From assembly GCF_036588685.1 (NCBI RefSeq), contig NC_086383.1, positions 60,760,001-60,824,000 of the forward strand: DNA of 64,000 nt, in the 5' to 3' direction. Below are positions 13,087-25,560 of this stretch, in pieces (position 1 is the first letter of the stretch; the number at the start of each line of letters is the position of its first letter). The notes below the pieces were generated by a model. The model saw only the letters and a list, made by a program, of their open reading frames with translations. It had not been told where the DNA came from and did not search any database. Made by a program: the position numbers and the translations under genes. Origin of the DNA: Mytilus trossulus. Lineage: Eukaryota.

Positions 13087-14485
13087 TATTGTTTGTTTCT
13101 GTGTGTGTTGCATTTTAACGTTGCGTCGTTTATTTTCCCTTTTTTAAAGTGTAAATTCACATTGCGATAAGACGTGTCACGGTACTTGTCTATCCCAAAT
13201 TCATGTTTTTGGTTTTGATGTTATATTTGTTATTATCGTAGGAATTTGTCTGATGCTTGGTCCGTTTCTGTGTGTGTGTTACATTTAAGTGTTATTTGTT
13301 GATCTCCTCTTATATTTAATGCGTTTCCCTCGGTTTTAGTTTGTTACCCCGATTTTGTTTTTTTTTGTCCATGGATTTATGAGTTTGAAAAGCGGTATAC
13401 TACTGTTGCCTTTATTTTTCCAATACAATGTAGCGGGTTATTAAATAGAATGTTTATGTTTACTTATATAAGTGAATAAATGAAAATTGCAAAATTAAAT
13501 CCCAAAAAATTCTATGCAAACGCTCTGTACTTCCGAAACGATCTATTTTATTCCGGTTGGCATAAATGTTTTATTGTTGTATTAGGATATGCTGGCGCTT
13601 CCCAGATTAAGATAATACTAGAATCTGCATTACAAATGTAAATTGAATATAAATAGGAATCCATTTTCGTGCATTCTGAAACTGTTTCCGTCATAGTGGA
13701 TCTGTTTATTTCAGTTATGGTTTGTGCCCCGGATTTGATTTCGATTATCGATTTATGGCAATTGACCAACGGTTTACTACTTTTAAATTATTTAGCTATC
13801 AATACCTTTGTTTTATATCATTAAATGTACGACAACATTTTAGACAAAGTTTTTTATACAAAAATTACAGTATTCAGTGTACTAAGTATAAGAATTGTTA
13901 TTTTGAGATTTTTTACCAAAATATTGATTTTGTTGCAAAGTAAATATATGGCGGTTTTTGCTTTTTGTTTTTGTTCTAAATTTTGAATTACACTGAAATA
14001 TTCAAATACTTTCGAACAGCCTACAGTAGGATACAACGTGTGGATTTTTTTTGGGTCTTTTTTTGTTTTAATCCGTCACACTTTCGTGGATTTTTTACAG
14101 ACCTTGTTAAAAATCTGAAAAAAAGCAATTTAACTATATTTTGATTTTTTATTCACTGTTTTATGTTTTTTTGTAAGCGATCTATTTTATTCTCGGTTGG
14201 CATGGATGTTTCATTGTTGTATAAGGATATGCATCCGTTGCCCCAATTAAGTTACATAATGAAATTTTCGTTACAAAATATAAATTGAATATAAATAGGC
14301 ATCAGTTTTTGTGCATTCTGAAATTGTGCATTTGAGTGAAATATTTGCCACTGGACGTTGAACAACAAACAATTGATCATACATTAAGAAATTTGTGAGT
14401 AGTGTTATAGCTGTAAAGATATTTAATGCCTTCTGATCGAACTATCACATGCGCGTTACATTAATTGAACTGATATTGTTTTCAG

Positions 14486-14515
14486 GTTCAAAAGAAGAAA
14501 ACGATAAATTCATCC
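14486..14515 (+). CDS. 30-nt micro-exon of the GVIN-like gene (GSKEENDKFI, phase 1/1)
   Basis: Acceptor ttgttttcag, donor gtgagt; open and in phase. Confidence 0.7.
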
Positions 14516-14699
14516 GTGAGTAGTTCTTAGATGCACATTTATTATTGTACTATTCGAACCAATATGGTTTTAATGGTCTTACATTTAAGTATTCAAGTAA
14601 TTTTACAGCAAACATTTAGATCCAATATCATGAATATGTGGAACTCTTTTTGTTTAATTTATCTCTGGCAGAACTTCTTCATAATCTGAAAATATTCAT

Positions 14700-15612
14700 C
14701 TAAATAAGTCTTTCCACTTTTCTGTGGAAAGACTTATTGTATTTGTTCTGATTATTAAGTCTTTCCACTTTTCTGTGGAAAGATTTATTGTTTTTGTTCT
14801 GATTATTAGGTCTTTCCACTTTTCTGTGGAAAGACCTATTGTATTTGTTTTGATTATTATCAAATCTTTCCACTTTTCTGTGGAAAGACTTGTGTTTTTT
14901 TTCTGATTATTATTATTATTATTCGATCTTTCCATTTTTCTGTGGAAAGACCTATTATATTTGTTCTGATTATTAGGTCTTTCCACTTTTCTGTGGAAAG
15001 ACCTATTGTATTTCTTCTGATTATTATTTTTTTTTCTTTCGCCAAATTTTGTTCTTTCGATAAATGTTTGTTTCGCAATATGTCGCTTAAACATTTCTCA
15101 TATTGTATTGTATAGTTTATGCGCTTTTAAATTTCACCCTGCTAAGCCGAACCATTTTCTTTGTAAGAGTTATCTCCCTATTCACTGTTTATCATCAGAG
15201 TGCATCTCATTCGTAACAAAAAAAGATATCGACAAAATTCTTTCTACCAATTGTTCGTTACATCCTCAGGAAGTTTGTTCATTTGGATCGAAGCGATTCA
15301 ATGAAATTTTATAGGAGTTATCTACCTTTACGGAATAAATTTGTCGGTATGTTTTTTAAACTCATAAACCGTTAACTTTATAACCCTGGAATGTTTTTAT
15401 TTGAGTCCCCGGGACCTAACTTAGAAAATGCGGTCAAGGTCAAAGGTCAAGGTCATATTCTAAATTTTGATTTTGTCTTATTTTCACTTATTTTTAAATA
15501 CCGTATGACATATGGACAAATAATTTTTCGTAAATTGTTAGTTGCAACATGTCCTTACTTGTATATATTTTTTGAAATGGTGCGCAGACAATAAATATGA
15601 GTTTTTGCCTAT
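14700..15612. mobile_element. Helentron-like element with six tandem hairpin units (GTCTTTCCAC-TTTTCT-GTGGAAAGAC) at one end; abuts the truncated TLR TIR domain
   Basis: Six ~50-60-bp units at 14708-15025, each with a ~10-bp stem. GGTCAAGGTCAAAGGTCAAGGTCA motif at ~15432. Confidence 0.55.
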
Positions 15613-15613
15613 C

Positions 15614-17420
15614 TTATACGTCAACTTCCCACTGGCACCATTTACCTTTTGCAAATTCATTTGATATGATGATTACAACTTTCCAAGATTTTTCTAGATA
15701 TTTGTCAATATTTTCGGTAATGGATTCGCCAACATCGAAATCCCTATGATGAATGCATAACTTGACGCCCTCTTCTCGTTCGATTTTTACAAGAAAAGTT
15801 TCGTGAACCCATGAACGATCTGCGTCACAATACACTACAAATGCGTGATACTCAAAATTGTCGGCCTCCGGTAAAGGAATGTGACCTTTTTTTTCTACTT
15901 GATTGTACTCGCCATAAATAGATATAGTTTTTTTAATGTTTGTTTGATGTTTTACTCCCACAAACATAAAAGTCACCATTATTATCCCAAAGGAAGTTAC
16001 ACATTTGTACATATAGTCATGGTGTATAAGGGATTCCAGGGCGAACATGTCTTCTTTGATTCTACAAATTGCGTTACAAACCGTCCAACAAATTTAGAAG
16101 GATGATGACATCTATATGCAAACGGGTATTGAAGAAATTTAGTTGCTGTGCTTTTTAACATATCGCTGAACCATAAAAGGTTACAATCACACGTAAACGG
16201 ATTATTACTCAAATCTATGAAATCTACTAAACGTAACATATTAAGCGGAAAAGAAGATTCATTCACAACGTTAATCTGTTTATTTGATAGAATTAGTCTT
16301 TTAAGGGATGTCATGTTTTGAAAAATGTCAGCACCGTTATTCCAGGCTGTGATTTTGTTTGCATCTAAACTAAGCACTTTTAACGACTTAAATTTGGAAA
16401 ATACATATCTTGGAAGAATTGTAATTCTACTTGATGCCAGTATCAACTTCTTTAATCTAATTAAAGGTGAAAACATGATATATACAATCATCTCATCTTT
16501 TGGTAAGTAATTATGAGATTAATTGAGAAATTCGAGATTTGGCGTTGATGCAAATATTGTTTGTGGGTTGAAACCGGATCTATCAAAAATGAAAGTAAGT
16601 TTGTTCCATTATAAGCGATATTTAAGATGAGGAATTTAAGGCGAAGCTTTCAATTCTTTTTAGATTTCCAATATTAGATAGCTCCACGGTATTCAATATT
16701 TTTTCATTGAGGCGAAAATGTTGTCTCTTATTTTTCCAATATGGATGCCATTTAAGTTCAGGACTTCAACTCTTGGAAGGCATAACAGTGAATGTTTACC
16801 AATATCGCCGATATTGTTGGAATTGAGTTCTAGATTTCGTAAATCTGGTAGGAAACTTGTTCCTCTGTGGCGATCTTTACACCAATTGGAAATAAGATGG
16901 AGCAAATTATTGTTTAGATATAAATCCATGACTGTTTTTGGTATGCCAGTTGTAGCAAAGTATGATATCGAATTTCCGGCTAGGTAAAGTTTTTTAAGTT
17001 TTTTTTAAGGAGAAATGATTGAGCAGTTCATATGGCTAAATTTATTTCCTTCCAACCAGAGTGTTCGCAGAGAGTTATTTGTGAAACTCATGAACATATC
17101 TCGAGGGAGCGATGTCCACTGATTAAAGCGAAAATGAAGAAATTTGAGATGTGTTTTTGGCATGTTGTCAATGACAGTTTTAAGAATATTGACATTGAGT
17201 CTTCTTTCGTACCAAATGAACAAACTGCTTAGGTACACCAATCCGTCAAATGTCTTAGGATGTGTATACGAAATAATATTATCTTCAAACTTTAATTTTT
17301 TTATAACATGGTCTGTAAGATTGACCAATCCATTTTCCCCGATGTGAGTTAGATTGGTCCCATTCATTACAACCACAGTCGTACCGCTTGGCATTGTGGG
17401 AATATAATTTATGGCTAAAA
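15614..17420 (-). pseudogene. Toll-like receptor pseudogene (intronless LRR-LRRCT-TM-TIR), antisense within a GVIN-gene intron
   Basis: LRRs (LRTLWLEGNKF, LRNLELNSNNI, LKVLSLDANKI); LRRCT NNPFTCDCNLLWF...C; TM VTSFGIIMVTFMFVGV; TIR FEYHAFVVYCDADRSWV...LCIHHRDFDVG...IISNEFAKGKWCQWE. Lesions: in-frame TAA at 17005-17007, several frameshifts/stops at ~16500-16700 and ~16000, TIR C-terminus missing, N-terminus interrupted by a retroelement. Confidence 0.92.
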
Positions 17421-17424
17421 ATAA

Positions 17425-18010
17425 AAAAAGACAAACAGACAAATAGTGGTACACAAGCAACACAAACTCAATCAAAAACTGGGGTTGATCTCATGTGTTC
17501 AGGAAGGCAAGCATATCCTGTTCAATAAGTGTTACCCGTCGTGTTGCTCATGTTACTAAGAACCTGGTAAATAGTCTAACTCGGTAGGTCACATTCATGA
17601 AAAGGGTCCGTAACGGTCAACCAACTCGTAATGGCGTCCGTAAAATTTACGAAGGGATGATTTCAACTTCATCATCTGAAACATTTGGTTTAATAGCTCC
17701 TTTGTGAGCAGCAACTCCTTATCAATAAAATTATGTTAGGAAATAAAAGCAGGGAGATATATACCCCGTATGCAGCCGCTGCAGGAATGATGCTACATAT
17801 AGAAATGGAAAGTTTACAATTGGGAAGCTGAAATCATCTCTTGTGTCGTGAAGTTTTGTTTTTAACCGATCTTCATTGTCAATTTCTAGATGTAAGGTAG
17901 ACTTCATTTTATCTGTTGTATCCTTTCTATCTAGTTCAATGGAATAAATGCTTTCAACATAGTCACCAAATTTTGAGTTTTTTAGTGAGTGCACATCGTA
18001 TAGAAAGTGG
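17425..18010 (-). mobile_element. Penelope-like retroelement fragment (RT C-terminal part plus associated terminal sequence)
   Basis: ORF 17731-17994 ...DTTDKMKSTLHLEIDNEDRLKTKLHDTRDDFSFPIVNFPFL resembles the LDL..EID..GRL.TKLYDKRDDF.FPIVNFPF signature of mollusc Penelope-like RTs. Adjacent sequence recurs at ~36730-36980 and ~59515-59670. Confidence 0.7.
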
Positions 18011-18984
18011 AAGGTATATTTGTTATATCCAGATCAAATCAAGAATCGAATAGACATTGAGATAAATAAGATTCAACTTGGAAAATCAGCATATGATAAT
18101 ACTTTATAACCTTGAAACTGAGGAAAGTTGTTTTATTTGCAATCCTCCCACATCCACTTATTTTATAAAGTAGAAGACTTGTGTGTAATTGTACTTTGAA
18201 AAATAAATGTCCACATGCATGACATGTGATATAATCTTAAGGTCAAACATGTAGTTGTCGAACATTCGATGGATGGTATTATATTAAGGACAAAACTACT
18301 ATGATATTGAATATTTATAATTTAACATACGAATGCATAAACTTATCTGCACTTCAAAGTTCAAAGTATACATTGAGACCTATATAATGTCAGACTGTCC
18401 TGTGTTGCGCACAGTAATTAAGCAAACTGATTACTTATATTTTGTTTGATTCAATATGACTTTTCACAAATGTTTAAAACGTCAAACAGGAGAAGTATGC
18501 TAATTCGGTAAGTTTCTTAGGCAACATTAAAATGTTATATATATGCATGCATTATTAGTGAAATATATAGTAGATTTATTGTTATGTCTAAATACCTTTC
18601 TTCATAATGTCACCAAGGGGCCGGTAACAAGAAGCTCTATTAGCACTTAAGATCATATTAAGACTGTCTTATCGATTAAGAATGTAACAAGAAACAATCT
18701 TATATCAATATTAGAATGATTGACAGCCCTTAAGACATTTCAGTTTCTTTCGGATTTAAGTGAATTTTTTGCATCCCCTTATCATAAACTTATCAATTGG
18801 GGTAACTTGAACATATCTTATTTTTTTGTCATTTAGTGAGAACTCTTTAGTTTTCTTGTTTGAATAGTTTTACATGATGATGTGTGGATTTTTAAGTCCG
18901 GCTATCCTGTCTGGATATTGCGGACTGTAGTGACCTATTTTATAGACTGGAGTCTGTTGGTCTTTTTGTCTTCGTTTTACTCCG

Positions 18985-19660
18985 ACTGCGTTGGTCTTGC
19001 TGGTACGGAGTATCTGGTCGTGCCGCTAGTATGACTGATTGCATTCGCCTCTTTGGATTCTTCATTGATGACTGGCGATGTGTGTGGTGGTGTGCGTAGT
19101 AAGTCTGGGTGGTCGATGTTGAACCCGTCTTCAAAGTCGATCCTACTGCGCTTGCCTCTGTCAATTGTGGAAGTTTAAAATACTAGGCGATGGCAGGCCT
19201 TGTTGGGGTTGTAGGGACTTGTGACAAAATCCCTATTGACTACAATCCCAACTGGTTCCCCTTTGTACTTATATTAGTTGGTGCGAGTACATGGCCAACT
19301 AAGCTTTCTCTTGCCTCGGTTTGTGTGATGGTGGTTTGTTGGACTTGATCAGCAGGTACCACGGCTGTTTTGTTTTCACAACCACTGGTCAAAACGCTTT
19401 GCATCTCTTCTCCTCGTGGATGGTGGCTTACTCTTCAGGGCCGACATTGGTTTACTAGAGGATGCCTCTTGTTCCTTAGCCTTTGTCTTAGTCCACGTCA
19501 ACTAAAATGACACCTGGTCAGATCTTGCCGAGAACTTCCAGACAGGTTCTTTTCCAGTCAACTTCATGGCAGCTAACAAAGCGCTCAATTCATCGGGTAT
19601 TTCCATAATGATTTGTCTATACAGTGAGTAGTGTTCATAAAGCAGTGATCAGTACGAGTA
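18985..19660 (-). mobile_element. GC-rich insertion carrying a decayed ORF of unknown family
   Basis: From ATG at 19606: MEIPDELSALLAAMKLTGKEPVWKFSARSDQVSF*LTWTK...KPPSTRRRDAKRFDQWL*. Higher GC than the flanks; sits between SINE-like segments. Confidence 0.4.
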
Positions 19661-19695
19661 CTTCAAACGAATGAAATTGTTTTACAGTGTCTTAT

Positions 19696-19840
19696 CTGGG
19701 CCTTTTATAGCTTAATATGCGGTATGGGCTTTGCTCATTGTTGAAGGCCGTACGGTGACCTATAGTTGTTAAGGTTTGTGTCATTTTGGTCAGATGTGGA
19801 TAGGTGTCTCATTGAAAATCATACCACATCTTCTTTTTTA
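19696..19840 (+). mobile_element. Nin-domain-like SINE fragment; other copies at ~20455-20595 (+), ~24852-24945 (-), ~37205-37350 (-), ~37676-37820 (-), ~12288-12325 (-)
   Basis: GGCCTTTTATAGCT..TATGCGGTATGGGCTTTGCTCATTGTTGAAGGCCGTACGGTGACCTATAGTTG...CATTG..AATCATACCACATCT occurs repeatedly in the window. Confidence 0.7.
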
Positions 19841-21150
19841 TATCTTTGCATCAACTTAAGCATTAACGAGCGTAACACGACTTGCACTTGTTTTAGTGTA
19901 AGTGTGGTTCTTCCCACAACTTAACTACTACTTGAATGACAATGGCATTTTTTTAACATATGGTTAATAACTAACAGGCGAATAAATCAAGATCACTTTA
20001 CAAGACATTTATTTCGTGACGCTGAAATCCTCTTGATTTTGTGACGGATTAACAAATTACCAAGAACTTTCGATAATACATAGCGACCATAGCGACCATA
20101 TATGATTTATGGCTATATCATTTAACACCCTACTTAGCCCTATTTTTCCCAAATATTGTACAAAAGAGACCTTTTTGGACACTGAAATATTAACGACATT
20201 ATTGTTTTGATACATAATTATAACAACTGTCTTATATATATACTGATTCGCAAATTCCTCACAAAAACTATGAAAAAGTATTTCATATATATACTGATCC
20301 TCCTGAAATTTCCTCCAAAACTTATACAATCACTAACTATATATCGATCTATCAGTACAGTTTATTCCGTTAATTAAAAAGACGAACTGCATTTGATCGG
20401 AAAAAACCACAAAACACTCCCTAATATATACCTATCCTCAAATTTTCAATTCGGGGCCTATTAAATATTGCTGACTAAATGGTATGGGTTTTGCTAATTG
20501 TTGAACGTCGTATAGTGACATATATTTATTACATTCTACATCACGTTGTCTCTGGTAGAAAGTTGTCTAATTGGTCATCATACCAAATCTGTTTCTTTTT
20601 CAAATTTCCACCAAAACTATAAGACATCGCTGTTCCGGGTTAAAAATTCATAGATAGATAACTAATTAAATGGACCGATATCATAATAAACTGGTAGTGT
20701 CAAATTTTCCCGTTTTGGGGACGGGGGATATTTCCTCTTATTTAAAATCCAGTTTTCGTAGTCTTGTACTGAGCCAGTGTATTCTTTTTCCTTTTGAATA
20801 TTCGCACATTTTTAACTTAATCAGGATCAATATTTGGGAACAATATGTAAGAAAAAGTCCTGTCACTTCAAAGCGCACGAAAGATTTTTTTTGGCAATGA
20901 ATTAACTAAAGAAAGAAAACCTTAACGGACAGGACGGAAAGTTAGTAAGTGTACTTAGAATAAGACTTTCTTAAGGGTATTCTTAAACGATTTTAAGAGA
21001 AAGAAAAGGGCGAAGAAAGAACGCTTCTAGTTACACTCTTAAAAGATTCTTAGTGTACTCTTTGTGCTATCTAAAACTATGACTTACGAAAACTTTAGAT
21101 ATGTTGCTTGTAACTGGTTCCTGGACCTTATTGTCTTATTTATAAACCTG

Positions 21151-21818
21151 GGGTGGTGTTCTAGAAGCTATCTTAGGATAAGGACGTGTCCTTAGACCAT
21201 CTTATGACTTCTTTTTTGTCATAAGTCGTGTTCTCGAAGCTCTCCTAACTTAGGATGTATCATATTTTTCGTCCTAACTTAAGGACACCTTCTAAGTTGT
21301 CTTAAGATCATCATATCTTCATCCTATCTTTGTAAGTGTTTTTTTCTCATCTTTGTACGTGGCGTTGAACGTGACAAGAAACGCACCATCGGTTATTAAC
21401 TCGTATACAAAAAATTGTGCATGAATTTAAACTTTGAACTGCGTGTTTTTACGATACGATGTTACTACGAAGATCAATATTCTTATTTCAAAACAAATAG
21501 TTTTACACTTTATATCAAAATCATATTTGATATTATTTTATAATTACATTTGAAATCATGCATTTAATTAAATACATGTTATTACTAAATTTTATAAACT
21601 ATTTTATTAATTGGTTTCGTCTCTAATAAATGTTTATCAAACAATAACTTTAACTATTTAGACTTTCACACATAGGATATGTTTAGGACGTCCTAACATA
21701 AGATGCGTTTGAGATAGCTTCGAGACGCAACTTAAGAGTGTCCTGAGTCGATCCTAAAATCGCTCTTATCTATGACTTAGGACGAATCTTAGAATACTTT
21801 TGTTCGAGAACACCACCC
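21151..21818. mobile_element. MITE with GGGTGGTGTTCT TIRs (Harbinger-like; CTG/TTG flanks)
   Basis: GGGTGGTGTTCTAGAA ... TTCGAGAACACCACCC inverted termini. Confidence 0.75.
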
Positions 21819-21848
21819 TTGGTTTAATCGAATTTTATTGTATTTTAG

Positions 21849-21891
21849 GTATCACAAGTACTCAATCACCAATTGTACAGAAGAAGTTTAA
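21849..21891 (+). CDS. 43-nt exon of the GVIN-like gene (RITSTQSPIVQKKF, phase 1 in, phase 2 out)
   Basis: Acceptor tgtattttag, donor gtgagt; open and in phase. Confidence 0.7.
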
Positions 21892-22559
21892 GTGAGTATT
21901 TGTCTTACTGATGGGTTTAATACATTCTAATGTAATCTGTAAATTTCATCGAGATGCATAATATTGCCATGTTAAAAATTACTAGAACACACCCCGAAAT
22001 TGAGAGCATTTACGGCTTGTAAACTGCTGTGATATGAATTTTTGTAAAAGAGTTGATGTCTCATATTGGATAATTTCAGAAAAGGTATAAAAAACCCTCT
22101 CCCTTTTAGCCAATCTCCGTTATTCGTTTCCTTTCATTAGTTCCATTAGTTTGACGTTTCTGGCCTCAGACCACAATTATTTTACAATTTACAATTGCTA
22201 CAATGCATTATTTAGTAAAAGTCCAATTAAATTAAAAAAAACATTGCACCGCTTCAAACGTGAAATAATGAAACTGACTAAGACTAATTTCTACCCTTAT
22301 TTCATTTTGCAAAAATCAATACTTTCACTTTCAACTATACATTTTTTTTCACGTGTTTTACTTCTTTCAATATATATGCAACTGCTATGACCCCTTAAAT
22401 AGTAAACATTTCAAAGAAAACAATAGACAGAAAAACTTCGGAAGCATGACCTCATATAATAATTGGAAACTATATTCCAATACCACGAACAAAAGGTGGT
22501 TTGAAAGCCTTCTGTATATTATGCACATTTCATTATGAATAAAGTTTATTTGCTATTAA

Positions 22560-23300
22560 GGAGGCTCGCGGGTACCAAAATTTTTAAAGTCGGATAGAGT
22601 ATTTTTTGGCAAATACCACGGCAGAGAGGGTAAAAAAGGCATATCCTTTTGGCAAATACCCCGCCGGCGTTAAAAAAATTAACGATATTCATTTAATAAC
22701 AGTTAATTGTTGAAAAATACATTGACTATCAACCAGTCAAAATCCAAGATTCTTACATAAGGTATAATTACAGCGAAAATTTCACAATTGCTTTTTCATT
22801 GCAATTTGTTTTTATAACACTATTAGTTATTACTTGATAATATGGTACACACATCTACCAAACAAAATAGATTCGGTTTGGCCCCAGATGACTTTTAAAA
22901 TATCTATATCATTTAAAAAGCTCAAAAGTATCTCCCTTTGGTAAACAAATCTTTCTTTAACTCATCGGTGACCTATATTTTTTTTTATTTCGTTTTTAAA
23001 TAAGCTGTGCATAAACAAAATAACTGTAAAATTTAATGTTTTTCTGTAATTTAGTTCTTTTTTTATTTCGACATAAACTCTATTTCTCCTCATACATGTC
23101 TTACTTCAACAGAAAAAAACTACCTTGAAGTTAACAAAAATGTATGCTTCTTACGAAGACAGATTGTGAGCGTAAATGATCGGTGACCCTATTTTTTATT
23201 TTATTTTTCTATTTAGTATAAGATAAAATTCATTTATAGAAATAAATAGAAAAATCCTATGTTAAATAAAAAAAAAAAGGATTTAGACCCGCGAGACCCC
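22560..23300. mobile_element. TTAA-targeting non-autonomous DNA transposon (Kolobok-like) with a nested repeat at ~22589-22770
   Basis: TTAA|GGAGGCTCGCGGGT ... ACCCGCGAGACCCC|TTAA. Confidence 0.75.
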
Positions 23301-24972
23301 TTAACTACAGATTTCAAGTTTCTTCTCCACGGCGATCACTGATATAATTACTAGTATATAGAAAGTCTTTATAAATAACAGTAGTGAAATCTTAGGATAC
23401 ATGTAGATAAAATCGAAAAGAATTGTCCTCTCTCCGAGTACTTATGAAAATCATGTACAAGTTTTAAACTGTCTACGATATATGATACATTTGTAGTTAC
23501 TGATATATTTTATTTTTGATAATCTCGCCTAAAGCTGATACCATACTGACATATTTTTTTTATCAATCTTTTTGTTTTGTTTCATCAACTTATTTGTACC
23601 TTTAATCTTTGATTATTTTTTCTTTCATATTTTAATCCTTTTAAACATATGACAGAAACAGCCCATTTGTCTCATTAAAAGGAACCAAAACGGCTTTTAA
23701 ACTCAAATATTTTAACCTAGGTAGAATTATAAATGATGTAAATAGCACTTAATGTTAAACACTGTTTTTCAATTCACAGTCTTACCTGTATATAAAGTTT
23801 TTTTTAAACTGTAGCACCCTGCCACATTGCGAAAAATTCTTTGTAAATATTTTAAACCCCAAGTGGGAGTGCTCCGAAATACAATGGAGGAAAATACCTG
23901 TACAGAACAGAACAATCTTATTACTTACAGTCGGTCTGATGACGGAAACAATATCCGGACGCCTTTTTTTCGTTTTTCTCCCAAAATAACTCTATCTGAA
24001 TAATATTAAGAATGGATGACAAATAAGACACTGCATGGTGCTTATAGGACACAGATGCATGATGCTTAACTTATTGTATAAGGAAGCTAAACGCAACACA
24101 TACTAAGGTCTTCTCGTTTAATAATATAGATATTCTAATGTTTTGATATAAGTGTGCAAGAAGGGGGAATATAAGCTAATTGTATTTAAAGTTTGGAAAT
24201 AAAGCAAAATTGGATTCATGCTTCCCATTTCTTCCTTAAAGACTGATTTAGATTGAGTCCCATTAATTATTGGGGTGTTATTAAAGGTCACGTACGTAAT
24301 GATAGTATAAGAATCATGGTATCTTTGCTAATTTTATGATTAATAAAATAAAAAAAAGAGGATTACAGTATTAGGGTGCGAAATTTCCTCTCCACAAACT
24401 GACCTTGAAACCCAGATAAAACAATTTAGAATGTAACGAATTGGTGAGACCGACATTTACTAGATCGATCTGTGTACTAGGAGACTGATTATAAGCGAAT
24501 AATGTAAACACAAATATATGATAAAACATATTGAACGAGGACGAAAAGATAAAGGACTGATGGGTGTTCGTCATCCAGTGCAAAGTTTATAGATAGTTAG
24601 AAATCAAAATCCAATGTTCAATGAAGACGATACAGTTGAGTTCTATCGTCTTTAATACATATTGTTTTTGGACGTCTCATTAAATATACTTGTAATTGTT
24701 TTATAATTGTAGAAAGAATAAAAGTGCTTAAAGTGCTTATGAAAAAAATCTAGAAACAATCGTTTACGATTGAACTTGCAAATGAAAAAGGACACGGACT
24801 TATCATTTCTTTTTACTTTTTACAATCCGTTATTTAGACTATTTAAAAAAAAAGATGTGGTATGATTGCCAATGAGACAACTGCCCACAAGATACCAAAA
24901 TGACATAGACATTTACAACTATAGGTCACCGTACAGCCTTCAACTTTTTTTTTACAAGTGCATGCATTTTTA

Positions 24973-25560
24973 AGGGCATACGATACAGTTTTGATACCGA
25001 ATTTACATTTTGATAAAAATTTCTATATATACTATTTTTTACCCGATTAAATCAAATATGTAGTAAAAAATAAACCTTCATGTGTAAAATGAGGTCGAAA
25101 TTTGTATATTTGCTGAAAATTCGGATTTGCGGCCGTATTTTCTCTTTCAAAAGAAAAAAAAAAAAAAACTTTTGTTTCAAGGATAAACACAAACTGTTTT
25201 TTGTTAAATAATTTGTAACTTCTGTATTTTATAAGTATCATAAAAATTTATTCCGAAAAAAGCTCATGTCTATCAAATGTTCATGAATGCAGAAAAAAAA
25301 ACCATCACTTTTTGCTGTATATTTATCAAGTTTAAAAAAATTGCACTATTTACGTTTTCATAAAAATTGGCAAACATACTCTTCTCGCGTTATCAAACCA
25401 AATGGCATTTTTAAACAGGGGAGTCCATGAACTCATTTTCAAGTTAAATAAGTTTGAATGATAAAAATCAGTCGAAAACTGAATCTTTTACCGATAAGTC
25501 ATAGTTTGGCGTCGTGAAAATAGCAAAATCTCGTTACCTCCCCCTGTACCTATATAGCAT
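24973..25560 (+). mobile_element. TTAA-flanked DNA transposon fragment; inverted relative at ~41640-42085
   Basis: TTAAGGGCATACGATACAGTTTTGAT... matches the reverse complement of ...GATCAAAACTGTATCGTATATCCTTAA, and the similarity continues for several hundred bp. Confidence 0.6.

Noticed and set aside
14700-15025. Palindromic repeats with linkers resembling a CRISPR array
   Set aside because: The linkers are near-identical, not unique spacers; the context is eukaryotic and there are no cas genes.
18180-18330. Possible displaced N-terminus or signal peptide of the TLR beyond the retroelement
   Set aside because: Only short broken frames (for example IIPSIECSTTTCL); cannot be supported without an intact paralogue.
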